From: a bacterium
GTDB lineage: Bacteria; UBA8248
Length of the DNA: 64,000 nucleotides
Assembly (NCBI GenBank): GCA_965213685.1
Contig: CBDBZY010000044.1
Span: 96,001 to 160,000, forward strand
Direction: 5' to 3'
In this document: positions 10,244-19,653 of the stretch, piece by piece
Layout of the letters: each line of letters opens with the position of its first letter
How positions within the stretch are numbered: position 1 is the first letter of the stretch
Program-made: the position numbers and the translations under genes
Notes under the pieces: generated by a model
What the model saw: only the letters and a program-made list of their open reading frames with translations
What the model was told of the DNA's origin: nothing
Database searches by the model: none

Positions 10244-10848
10244 CAGGTGCGGGCCGTGGGGGTCGGCTTCCCCGTTTGGCCGCCCCCCGGTTTCGGGTGC
10301 GTCATCCGGGCGCCCACGAAAAAAATATAGTGGGCACCCGAGGCGACCGTGAGGATGGAGGTGATCAGGAACAGGGAGAGCATCACCGCGTTCGGGCCCG
10401 CCTCCAGCGCCGCCGCCAGGAGGGCTGCGCCCGCGGTGATCATCTGGACGGTGGCGGTGGCTTTCCCCAGCAGGGTGGGCGATGGCGTCTGAAAGCCCGC
10501 CGTCAGGAACAGCGCCGCGCAGCCGACGCCGAGCAGCGCGTCCCGCCCCACCACGATGGCGGCCGCCCAAGGCGGCATGTGTCCGGAAAGCCCCAGCATC
10601 ACGTAGGCGATGAACATGAGGAGCTTGTCCGCGACGGGGTCGAGCATCGCGCCCAGCGGGGTCATCTCGCCGCGCGACCGCGCGATGTGGCCGTCCACCC
10701 CGTCCGCCACGCACGCGACGATGAACACGGCCAGGGCGATCCCCTCCCTGCCGTAGGCGAGGCACGCTGCGAAAACGGGGATCAGGAACGCCCGTCCGAG
10801 CGTGACCTTGGTGGCCAGCGTCAGCCTGTTTGAACCGGATGCGCCCAT
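10243..10848 (-). CDS. CDP-alcohol phosphatidyltransferase (PgsA/cardiolipin synthase-like)
   Basis: DGVDGHIAR...GAMLDPVADK signature. Confidence 0.9.
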   Translation of the reverse strand: MGASGSNRLTLATKVTLGRAFLIPVFAACLAYGREGIALAVFIVACVADGVDGHIARSRGEMTPLGAMLDPVADKLLMFIAYVMLGLSGHMPPWAAAIVVGRDALLGVGCAALFLTAGFQTPSPTLLGKATATVQMITAGAALLAAALEAGPNAVMLSLFLITSILTVASGAHYIFFVGARMTHPKPGGGQTGKPTPTART

Positions 10849-10862
10849 CGTGGAGCCGGCCC

Positions 10863-11981
10863 CTATGTTTTTCCCCGTCCGCGTTTCCGCATCATAGCAC
10901 AGGAAGCCTCACGGTTTCTCCCGTCCCGCCCTCCTCGCCCATCAAGCGGGCGTTTCCCGGGTGAGGGGGTTTGTATAATTTCTACCGGCGCGTCCGCGCA
11001 ATCCCCGGGGCGGCGGCCCCCGCCCGCCGGGCGTCTTCTCCCCGCTCTCCCGGGGCGCGCGCGCAAGGGAGGCGCCGGGCAAAAGGGCGGAGAGGGCTTG
11101 GAGGGTTTGCTTGGGGGAGTCTCCGGCTTCCCGCCTCCTTTCGGCTTGTGATGCGCGGCGCGCTCCCGCCCCGCCCGCCTGGGGTTCGGCCTGGCCTTGG
11201 CCCAGCCCGCCCTGGAGGGTGCGCGCACAGCCGCCTCCGGGCGGATTTTCGTTATCTGCCGGAGTTTGTCGACCTCATCCTGGGTGAGCGTTCGGACGCG
11301 GCCCGCACCGAGGCCCCTGGACGTAACGCCCCCGTACGCGCACCGGACCAGCTTGATGACGGGATGTCCCACGGCCTCGCACATTTTCTTGACCTGGTGC
11401 CGCCTCCCCTCCCGGAGCTCTATCCGAAGCCATGCGTTCTTCTCCGTTCTGCCGCGGAGGATGCGCACCTGCGCCGCCTGCGGCTTTCTGCCCCTCCCGC
11501 GCGTCCAGGAGCCGTCGGCCATCCGGGCGAGCGCGTCCTCGGATGGCGCGCCCTTCACCTTCGCCTCGTAGACGCGGGCTATCGCGTACCTCGGATGGGC
11601 GAGGCGGTGCGCCATCTCCCCGTCGTTGGTGAGCAGCAGCACCCCCTCGACGTCGAAGTCGAGCCTGCCGACGGGGAACACGCGCCTGAGTCCCCGGGGC
11701 AGCAAATCCGCCACCGTGGGCCTGTCCTTGCCCTCTTCGTCGCGCATCGTGGTGAGGACGCACCTGGGCTTGTGGAGCACCAGATAGACGGGAGGCTCCT
11801 TTTGCGCGAGGAGTTTTCCGTTCACCTTGATGGCGTCGGCGGAGGGGTCCGCCCTGACGCCCGGCGTGCGGACGCACTCCCCGTTCACCCGGACGCGGCC
11901 CTCGCGGATCATGCGCTCCGCCTCCCGGCGCGAGGCGAGACCCGCCTGGGCGATGATCTTTTGCAGCCTGATGGCGGCCAT
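10863..11981 (-). CDS. rluB: 23S rRNA pseudouridine synthase RluB family with long basic C-terminal tail
   Basis: S4 domain RLQKIIAQAGLASRR, VGRLD catalytic motif, EGRRHQVKKM; ATG 11981. Confidence 0.85.
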   Translation of the reverse strand: MAAIRLQKIIAQAGLASRREAERMIREGRVRVNGECVRTPGVRADPSADAIKVNGKLLAQKEPPVYLVLHKPRCVLTTMRDEEGKDRPTVADLLPRGLRRVFPVGRLDFDVEGVLLLTNDGEMAHRLAHPRYAIARVYEAKVKGAPSEDALARMADGSWTRGRGRKPQAAQVRILRGRTEKNAWLRIELREGRRHQVKKMCEAVGHPVIKLVRCAYGGVTSRGLGAGRVRTLTQDEVDKLRQITKIRPEAAVRAPSRAGWAKARPNPRRAGRERAAHHKPKGGGKPETPPSKPSKPSPPFCPAPPLRARPGRAGRRRPAGGGRRPGDCADAPVEIIQTPSPGKRPLDGRGGRDGRNREASCAMMRKRGRGKT

Positions 11982-12159
11982 CCCTTCCGTTTCTCCCCGT
12001 CTTCTCCCTGGGCGCGCGCCCCGAAAAATGGTATGCATAAACACAAAATTATAGCCATTTGGCGCCAAACGGGGTAGCCTCACCTGTCCCGCGTGCGCCG
12101 GACGGAAGGCGCGCGCTGCGTCTTCGCGCCCGTCCCGTAAGCCCGTAAGGAGGTTCGCC

Positions 12160-13272
12160 TTGCCGTCTTCCCGGGCGATCGTCAGCATGACGCCCGTCCA
12201 CTTGTGCGTGCCGCTGCCCCGGCCGCTTCGGGTGGCCACGTTCGAGATGCGCGCCGTCGATACCTGCTGCGTGACCCTCCGCACGAAAGAGGGACGCAAG
12301 GGCCACGGCTGGTGCTTCGCCTTCGGCCCCGAGCGCGCGCGCTCGATGGTGGCGATGGCGCGCGATTTGTTCGCCACCCTGCTGGGCAGGGACCCGGCCG
12401 ACGCCGCCGCGAACTGGGAGGGGATGCGCAAGGCGGCGAGCTTCGTCGGTCGCGACGGCGTCAGCGCCATGGCGATGTCCGCGCTGGACACCGCGTGCTG
12501 GGACCTGGCCGCCCAGGCGGCGGGCCAGCCGCTCTGGAGGTTCATCGGCGGGCGGCGGCGGGAGATTCCCTGCTACGCGAGCGAGGGCCTCTGGCTCAAC
12601 ATGACGATCCCCGAACTCGAGGAGGAGGCCTCCGCCCTGAAGGCGCGCGGCTTCCGGGGCATGAAGCTGCGGGTGGGCGGGAGCAGCCTCGATGCGGACG
12701 TCGAGCGGATTCGGGCGGTGCGCGGGGCGATAGGCGACGGGGTCGCGCTCATGGTCGACGCCAACCAGGCCTGGGACGTGGAGACCGCCAAGCGGGCGTG
12801 CCGGGCGTTCGAGCCCTTCGACCTCTGCTGGGTGGAGGAGCCGGTCGATCATGAGGACGTCCGGGGATGCGCCGAGGTCGCCGGCGCCAGCAAGGTTCCG
12901 ATCTGCACCGGGGAGACGAACTACAACCCCCGGGGGATGCGCCACCTGCTCGTGGCGGGCGCGGCGGATATCCTGATGCCGGACCTCGCGCGCTGCTCCG
13001 GCGTTACCGGCTGGCGGCGCGCGGCGGCGATCGCCCAAGAGTTCGGGAAGCCGGTGACCCCGCACCTGTTTCACGAGGTGTCGGCCCATCTTCTGAGTGC
13101 TGAGCCGCATGGCGTCTGGTGCGAGCATATGCCCTGGTGGGAGCGCATCCTCCGGGAGCCGATGGAGCTGCGGGACGGAAACCTGATTCTCTCCGACAGG
13201 CCCGGACTCGGGATAGAGTGGGACGAGGCGGCGTTCCGGGAATTCGCACCGCCGGCGGGGGGTTCCTTCTAG
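12160..13272 (+). CDS. Mandelate racemase/muconate lactonizing enzyme family protein
   Basis: SALDTACWDL, MKLRVG, MVDANQ, WVEEP, TGE, PGLGIE. Confidence 0.9.
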   Translation: MPSSRAIVSMTPVHLCVPLPRPLRVATFEMRAVDTCCVTLRTKEGRKGHGWCFAFGPERARSMVAMARDLFATLLGRDPADAAANWEGMRKAASFVGRDGVSAMAMSALDTACWDLAAQAAGQPLWRFIGGRRREIPCYASEGLWLNMTIPELEEEASALKARGFRGMKLRVGGSSLDADVERIRAVRGAIGDGVALMVDANQAWDVETAKRACRAFEPFDLCWVEEPVDHEDVRGCAEVAGASKVPICTGETNYNPRGMRHLLVAGAADILMPDLARCSGVTGWRRAAAIAQEFGKPVTPHLFHEVSAHLLSAEPHGVWCEHMPWWERILREPMELRDGNLILSDRPGLGIEWDEAAFREFAPPAGGSF

Positions 13273-14606
13273 TGGGGCGGATACTCCTGAGAGGAGGCGA
13301 TCTCCTCACCATGGACCCCCGCCTCGGGGATGTCGAGAACGCGGACGTGCTCATCCGGGACGACGCCATCGAGCAGGTCGGCGAAGGCATCCGCGCACCC
13401 GACGCCGAAGTCGTGGACGCGGGGGATTGCGTCGTCCTGCCGGGGCTGGTGAACGCCCACCAGCATACCTGGCAGACGGGGATACGCGGGATAGCGGGCG
13501 ATTGGTCCCTGGCGGAGTATCTGCGGAACGTCCACCAGGGGGTCGCCCCCCGGTTCCGGCCGGAGGACGTCTATCTGGCGAACCTCGTGGGCGCGCTGAA
13601 CCAGCTCAACGGCGGCGTCACGACGATGTTCGACTGGTGCCACAACAACCCCACGCCCGCGCATACCGACGCGGGCCTCGACGGCCTGGAGGAGGCCGGC
13701 ATCCGCGCGGTTTTTGGCCACGGAACGCCCAAGCCCAGGACGCGGGAGGGCGAGTTGCCGCTCAGCCACAGGCCCCATCCCCCGGGGGAGATCCGGCGCC
13801 TGCGGGCGGGGCGCCTGGCCTCGGACGACGGCCTCATCACGCTCGCCATGGCCACGAGAGGGCCCGACCTGTCCACGTTCGAGATGTGCGTGCACGACAT
13901 TCGCCTGGCCCGGGAATATGATTTGCTGTGGAGTGCCCACATCGGGGGCGGTTTTCACCGGGAGGCACCCGACGGGATCGGGAGGCTGGCGCGCGCGGGC
14001 CTGCTGGGGCCGGATTTCAACGCCGTGCACGCAAACCAGCTGCGCGAGGAGGAGTTGAAAATCCTCGTCGACTCGGGTTGTTCGGTGACCTCTTGTCCCG
14101 AGGTGGAGATGCAGATGGGACACGGCGCGCCCGTCATCGCGCGCGTCCTGGCCCTGGGCGGCCGGCCGACGCTGGGGATTGACGTGGAGTCGAACATCAG
14201 CGGCGACATGTTCACCATGATGCGCGTGGGGCTTCAGTTCGCGCGCGCGCAAGAGAACCGGAAGGCGCTCGAGGGCGGGGCGTCGCCGACGCGCATCGCC
14301 ATTCCCGCGCGCCGCGCGCTGGAGTGGGCGACGACAGACGGGGCCAACGCCTTGGGGCTTGGGGCGAGGACGGGTGCGCTGAAGCCGGGCAAGCAGGCGG
14401 ACGTCATCCTGATCCGGAAGGGCGACCTGAACCTCTTCCCCGTGAACGACGCGCTGGGGGCGGTCGTTTTTCAGGCGTCTTTCGCCAATGTGGACACGGT
14501 GCTGGTGGCGGGGAGGATCGTCAAAAGGGACGGGCGGCTCCGCTACCCCCGCCTGCGGGAAAAAATGGAGGCGTTGGCGGAGTCCGGGCGAAGGTTGTTG
14601 CGCTAG
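13272..14606 (+). CDS. Amidohydrolase family protein (deaminase/chlorohydrolase-like)
   Basis: PGLVNAHQH, VHAN, PEVE, GID, GALKPGKQAD; GTG start overlaps upstream TAG. Confidence 0.88.
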   Translation: MGRILLRGGDLLTMDPRLGDVENADVLIRDDAIEQVGEGIRAPDAEVVDAGDCVVLPGLVNAHQHTWQTGIRGIAGDWSLAEYLRNVHQGVAPRFRPEDVYLANLVGALNQLNGGVTTMFDWCHNNPTPAHTDAGLDGLEEAGIRAVFGHGTPKPRTREGELPLSHRPHPPGEIRRLRAGRLASDDGLITLAMATRGPDLSTFEMCVHDIRLAREYDLLWSAHIGGGFHREAPDGIGRLARAGLLGPDFNAVHANQLREEELKILVDSGCSVTSCPEVEMQMGHGAPVIARVLALGGRPTLGIDVESNISGDMFTMMRVGLQFARAQENRKALEGGASPTRIAIPARRALEWATTDGANALGLGARTGALKPGKQADVILIRKGDLNLFPVNDALGAVVFQASFANVDTVLVAGRIVKRDGRLRYPRLREKMEALAESGRRLLR

Positions 14607-14670
14607 TGCGGTCGTCGCCGGATGATGAGCCTGCGAACGCCGCCGTCATCATCCATCATGGAGGCTGAAG

Positions 14671-15411
14671 ATGAAACTCGCATTCTATTCCGACATTCAC
14701 GCCCAGCTCGCACCGCTCGACGTTGTCCTGGCGGAGATCGACAAGCACGACGCGGACTGGGAGATCGTCCCCGGCGACCACGTCATGGGCGGGCCGGAGC
14801 CGGGGGAGGTGGTCGATCGCCTCAGGTCCCGAAAGAACTGCCTGCCGATATTGGGGAATTTCGACCGCTGGGTCATCGACCGCGTCGATGCGGGGGAGAA
14901 CCCCTTTCCCGGGAGAAACGAGAGCTCCCGCCTGACGCGCGAGCACCTGACGGAGGCGCAGCTTGGCTGGCTCCGGGGCCTGCCCCGCGAGCTGACGATC
15001 ACGCCGGAGCCCGGGCACGACCTCCGCGTCTTTCATGGCGCGCCGGGCGATGATGAGGGCGCACTCCCGCTCCGTCTGGACGACGATGAAATCATCGAGC
15101 GCCTCGCGGGGGAGAAGTCCGAGGTCGTGGCCTTCGGGCAGGTGCACGGCCCGTATATCCGGCAGGTGGGGCACCAGACCCTCGTGTGCGTCGCCTCCGC
15201 CGCGGTGAACTGGGACGGGGACAACCGCCCCGCCTATGTCATGCTCGAATATCAGGGAGACGGGAAATGGGAGGGGGAGATTCACCGCGTCGGGTATGAC
15301 TTCGAGGAGCAGGCGCGCAAAAACGAGGACAGCTGGCATCCGCATGGGGATCGGCAGGCGCACACGATTCGCACCGGCGAGTTCTGGAACCCCGCCCACA
15401 TGCCCCACTAG
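14671..15411 (+). CDS. Metallophosphoesterase (calcineurin-like, YfcE-type) with variant motifs
   Basis: SDIH, GDHV, GNFD, FHG, FGQVH in canonical order and spacing. Confidence 0.85.
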   Translation: MKLAFYSDIHAQLAPLDVVLAEIDKHDADWEIVPGDHVMGGPEPGEVVDRLRSRKNCLPILGNFDRWVIDRVDAGENPFPGRNESSRLTREHLTEAQLGWLRGLPRELTITPEPGHDLRVFHGAPGDDEGALPLRLDDDEIIERLAGEKSEVVAFGQVHGPYIRQVGHQTLVCVASAAVNWDGDNRPAYVMLEYQGDGKWEGEIHRVGYDFEEQARKNEDSWHPHGDRQAHTIRTGEFWNPAHMPH

Positions 15412-15701
15412 GCGCGCGGCGGCCTCCGCACTCCCCGCCTCCCCCCACGCGGGGCTCCGCCTGGATGGGGAGGGGGCGGGAGACGCCACGTCCGGCGAGC
15501 GGGATTTCGAATGCGGCGCTATATTGTGATATGATGAGCTAGACGCTGTTCACGGCAGGGTGGCGTCGTTCACGGGAGGGTATGGATAGATGATGCGGAT
15601 GGGCGCATCGTGAGGAGAAAACGACGGATTGCGGTGAGTAGGAACGGAAAAATTCAACCTTCGCCCCAGGTTGCAGGGGGCATCGACCGGAGGGAACGGC
15701 C

Positions 15702-17144
15702 ATGAACGCATCTCTTTATCCAGAAAACCCCGCAGAGGAGAAGACGGAGGCATCCGGTCCCCGCAACGGGACCGCCGGCGGCAACGGGCATCCCCAGGAT
15801 CATGGCCTGATTCCACTGGAGGCGCCCCGCTATCGACCGATTCTGGTGCAGCATATCGACAATGTTCCCGAGCTGAGGAGCCTCCCCGAGGAGATACGCT
15901 TTTCCATGAAGGTGGTGGGGCACGTGCTGCCCTTCCGCACGAATCGCTACGTGCTGGAGAACCTCATCGACTGGAGCCGGATACCCGAGGACCCGATATT
16001 CCAGCTCTCCTTTCCCCAGAAGGGGATGTTGGCGGAGGAGGACTTCGACCACGTGGCGGATCTCCTGCGGCGGGATGCGCCCAGAGACGAGCTGCACGCC
16101 GCCATCCACGACATCCGGGCGAATCTGAATCCGCACCCCGGCGGGCAGCAGGCGCTGAACGTCCCCACCCTCGACGGGAAGCACCTCGAGGGGATGCAGC
16201 ACAAATACCATGAGACGGTGCTTTTCTTTCCCGGACAGGGGCAGACGTGCCACGCCTATTGCACGTTCTGCTTCCGCTGGGCGCAGTTCGTGGGCGACAA
16301 GGAGCTGCGCTTCATCTCCACGGAAGAGGGTATTCTGCGCGAGTATCTCGCCAGGCATAAGGAGGCGACGGACGTCCTCTTCACCGGCGGCGACCCCATG
16401 ATCATGAAGACGAAGGCACTCGAGGGCTATCTGCTGCCCCTGGCGGAGGATCCGCGCCTCGACCACATCCGCGACATCCGCATCGGCACGAAGGCGCTGA
16501 CTTTCTGGCCGTATCGCTTCACCTCGGACCCCGACGCCGACGATGCGCTTCGTCTTTTCGAGAGGGTCGTGGAGGCGGGCAAGCACGTCGCCATCATGTC
16601 GCATTTCAACCATGGGCACGAGCTCGACACCCCGATCGTGCGCGAGGCCATCCGAAGAATACGGGATACCGGCGCCGTCATCCGGACGCAGGCGCCCCTT
16701 CTGCGGCATATCAACGACGATCCGGACGTGTGGGCGCGCATGTGGAAGGAGCAGGTGCGCCTGGGCCTCGTGCCGTATTACATGTTCGTGGAAAGGGACA
16801 CGGGCGCGAAGCGCTATTTCGAACTGCCCCTGGCGGAGGCGCACGAGATTTATCGAAAGGCCATCCTCCAGGTGTCGGGCCTGGGGCGGACCGCGCGGGG
16901 GCCTGTGATGAGCGCGGCGCCCGGCAAGGTGGAAGTCCTGGGTGTGGAGGAGGTCGGCGGCGAGCGCGTGTTCGTCCTGCACTTCCTGCAGGCGAGAAAC
17001 CCAGAATGGATGGGCCGCCTGTTCTTTGCCGCGTATGATGAGGGCGCCACCTGGCTCGACAAGCTCACGCCTGCGTTCGGCGCGGATTCGTTCTTCTTCG
17101 AGGAGGACTTCGAGAGGATGAAGCAGCGCCTCGTGGCGGGGTAG
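15702..17144 (+). CDS. KamA family radical SAM protein (lysine/arginine 2,3-aminomutase-like)
   Basis: CHAYCTFCFR (CxxxCxxC), FTGGDP, HFNH, QAPLL, PYY, APGK (putative PLP Lys). Confidence 0.88.
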   Translation: MNASLYPENPAEEKTEASGPRNGTAGGNGHPQDHGLIPLEAPRYRPILVQHIDNVPELRSLPEEIRFSMKVVGHVLPFRTNRYVLENLIDWSRIPEDPIFQLSFPQKGMLAEEDFDHVADLLRRDAPRDELHAAIHDIRANLNPHPGGQQALNVPTLDGKHLEGMQHKYHETVLFFPGQGQTCHAYCTFCFRWAQFVGDKELRFISTEEGILREYLARHKEATDVLFTGGDPMIMKTKALEGYLLPLAEDPRLDHIRDIRIGTKALTFWPYRFTSDPDADDALRLFERVVEAGKHVAIMSHFNHGHELDTPIVREAIRRIRDTGAVIRTQAPLLRHINDDPDVWARMWKEQVRLGLVPYYMFVERDTGAKRYFELPLAEAHEIYRKAILQVSGLGRTARGPVMSAAPGKVEVLGVEEVGGERVFVLHFLQARNPEWMGRLFFAAYDEGATWLDKLTPAFGADSFFFEEDFERMKQRLVAG

Positions 17145-17175
17145 GCGGCCGGCGGATGGTCCGGCCCGCGCTGGA

Positions 17176-17643
17176 TCACCCCCGCGCCATGCGCAGAACC
17201 TCGTCGTATTCTTCCCGGCTGACGGGCTGCACGCTCAGGCGCTGCCCCTTCTGGGTGGTGCGCATCCCCTCGAGTGCGGGGTTTCCCTTGAGCTCTGCCA
17301 GGGAAACGGCGCGGGGGAGCTTCTCCATCGCCTGCAAGTCCACCATGTGCCAGCGGGGGGCGTCGGCGCGGGCCTTGGGGTCGTAGTATTTCGATTTCTC
17401 GTCGTACTGCGTGTGATCGGGATACGATTCCCGCACCACCCGCGCCGTGCCCGCCACGTGGGGCGGCTTCGCGTTCGAGTGGTAGAAGAGAACGAAATCC
17501 CCGACCTTCATCTCCATCATGAAGTTTCGGGCCTGGTAGTTTCGGATGCCGTCCCAGCAGGCGGTCTGTCCGGGCTCCGCCATGAGGTCGTCGAACGAAT
17601 AGGCGTCCTGCTCGCTCTTCATGAGCCAGTATCTTCGCGCCAT
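17176..17643 (-). CDS. EVE domain-containing protein
   Basis: YWLMKSE, WDGIRNYQARN, FYHS, RLSVQPV. Confidence 0.93.
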   Translation of the reverse strand: MARRYWLMKSEQDAYSFDDLMAEPGQTACWDGIRNYQARNFMMEMKVGDFVLFYHSNAKPPHVAGTARVVRESYPDHTQYDEKSKYYDPKARADAPRWHMVDLQAMEKLPRAVSLAELKGNPALEGMRTTQKGQRLSVQPVSREEYDEVLRMARG

Positions 17644-17773
17644 CGAAATCTCTTCTCCACAGATGGGCAGGGAATGCGGGATGCGGGCGAGACTACCACG
17701 CTGCGCGCGGCGGGGGGAACGCTTCGAGCGGATGGCGTCCGGCGTCGTCCCGAGCCATTCGCTCCCGGCGGTC

Positions 17774-18718
17774 TCATCGGGCGGGTTTCACCGCCCCCGC
17801 CGTTTGCAGGTCGGCGAGCTTCAGCGTGTGGAAGAGGAAGTCGTTGCATGGCGTCTTCACGCCCACCTCCGCCCCGATGCGGGAGACTGCGCCGCACAGC
17901 GCGTCGATTTCGAGGCGCCTGCCCGCCTCCAGGTCATGGCACAGGCTCCCCTTGCTGGCCGGGTTTTGCGCGTCCAGGAACCGGTAGCGATCCTCGTCCG
18001 CCCCCTCGGGCAGGTTCACGCCGCTCGCCCGGCCCACCAGATAGACCTCGCGCATCGTCTCGCGCATCATGTTTCTCGTGCCCTCGTAGGCCATGACCTC
18101 GCCGATGGAGGAGCGCGCGAGTGCCGTCACGCCGCCCACCGCGCAGATGAAGATGAACTTCGTCCAGAGCTCCGCCCGGATGTCCCCGGAGTGTTCCGCG
18201 CGAATCCCCGCGTCCCGGAGCTCGGCCAGGATTCTCTCGCCGCGCGCACTCGCACCGCCCGCCATCTCGCCGAAGACCAGGCGCCTCGGCCCGCCGATTT
18301 GCCGGATCAGCCCCGGTGCCGCGACCGAGGTGAATATGTAGGCGGCGGCGCCCATCACGCGCTCCGCGCCGTAGACGGCGGCCAGCCTCTCCTCGTTGTC
18401 CACGCCGTTTTGCAGGTTGAGGATCGCCGTCCCGGGGCCGACCATGGGCGCGATGGCGGGGATGGCGGCGGGGTTGGCCGTCGTTTTCACGCAGTAGAGG
18501 ATGACGTCGCACGCGCCCGCCTCCGCAGGGGAGTCCGTGAACATGCCTTCGCGCCAGACGAAGTCTCCGGGCGCCGCGCTTTCCACGCGGAGCCCCCCTT
18601 TCCGCATGGCCTCGAGGTGCGGCCCCCGCGCGATGAAGACGACCTCCTTGCCGCTCCGCGCCAGCAGGGCGCCGAAGTAGCCGCCCACGCCTCCTGCCGC
18701 CATGACGCCGAAACGCAT
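17774..18718 (-). CDS. panE: Ketopantoate reductase family protein (PanE/ApbA)
   Basis: AGGVGGYFG, LQNGVD, WTKF, SLCHDLEAGRRLEID; ATG 18718. Confidence 0.85.
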   Translation of the reverse strand: MRFGVMAAGGVGGYFGALLARSGKEVVFIARGPHLEAMRKGGLRVESAAPGDFVWREGMFTDSPAEAGACDVILYCVKTTANPAAIPAIAPMVGPGTAILNLQNGVDNEERLAAVYGAERVMGAAAYIFTSVAAPGLIRQIGGPRRLVFGEMAGGASARGERILAELRDAGIRAEHSGDIRAELWTKFIFICAVGGVTALARSSIGEVMAYEGTRNMMRETMREVYLVGRASGVNLPEGADEDRYRFLDAQNPASKGSLCHDLEAGRRLEIDALCGAVSRIGAEVGVKTPCNDFLFHTLKLADLQTAGAVKPAR

Positions 18719-18747
18719 GTTCGCTCCTTCTCGGAAGGGAGGGCGAC

Positions 18748-19653
18748 CTACACGTCCCGCTCCCCGTCTCCGGGAGGGGGGGCCGCCTTCGCGAGTGCGT
18801 CGCCCGGCCGCGCGCGGTTGTCCGCCCCGCCGTTTTGCGGCGGCGCCTCGTCCGCCGGGATGATCGCACCCGCACTCCCCAACGCGCCCCAATCCAGGCT
18901 GTCGGCGGCTTCGAACTCCTCGGGCCTCGGCATATCCGAGAGGCTCTTGAAGCCGAAGTGCTCGAGGAACAGGGGCGTGGTGCCATAGACGATGGGCCGG
19001 CCCACGACGTCGCGGCGCCCGAGAACGCGGATGAGGCCGCGCTCGAGCAGGGTGTGCAGCACCCCGCCGCAATCCACCCGCCGGACTTCCTCGACCTCCG
19101 CTTTGGCGATGGGCTGCTTGTAGGCCAGGATGGCCAGGGTTTCGAGGGCCGCCTGGGATAGCCTGGCCTTTTTCTCGGCCTTCAGGAATCGCTTGATCCA
19201 GGGGGAGAACTCCGCCCGCGTGCACAGGCGGAAGCCCTCGGCCACCTCGACGATCTGGAGTGCCCTGTCCCGGTATTCCTCCACCAGCTCGCCCAGGAGT
19301 TTTCGGACGACCCGGACGTTGACGTTGGACACGCCCCGGAACAGGGCGGAGACGTCCCTCGGCCGGAGCGGGTCGCGCGCGACGAGGAGGATGGACTCGA
19401 TGACGCGCCTGGCTTCGCCCAAATCCATGAGGAGCGGCGCGTCCCCGTCGGCGGCCATCTCCGGCGGCGCCTCGGCGTATTCTTTCTGCTCATCTATCTC
19501 GAAGGCCGTCTCCTCCCGCATCTCCTCCATGGCCTTCATCTGGTGCTCCGCCAACGCCCTGGCCGCCGCGTCCGGAACGGACGCCTCGTCTCCCGCCAGT
19601 TCGAAGGGCGTCTCGGGTTCCGTCCGCGCCGCCGCTCGCTTTGGGTCATTCAT
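18748..19653 (-). CDS. scpB: SMC-Scp complex subunit ScpB
   Basis: LSQAALETLAILAYKQP, GRPIVYGTTPLFLEHFG. Confidence 0.93.
   Translation of the reverse strand: MNDPKRAAARTEPETPFELAGDEASVPDAAARALAEHQMKAMEEMREETAFEIDEQKEYAEAPPEMAADGDAPLLMDLGEARRVIESILLVARDPLRPRDVSALFRGVSNVNVRVVRKLLGELVEEYRDRALQIVEVAEGFRLCTRAEFSPWIKRFLKAEKKARLSQAALETLAILAYKQPIAKAEVEEVRRVDCGGVLHTLLERGLIRVLGRRDVVGRPIVYGTTPLFLEHFGFKSLSDMPRPEEFEAADSLDWGALGSAGAIIPADEAPPQNGGADNRARPGDALAKAAPPPGDGERDV

Noticed and set aside
10863-11200. Long low-complexity RluB tail as a new domain
   Set aside because: Basic disordered tails are common in RluB; it could also reflect stop loss or an indel.
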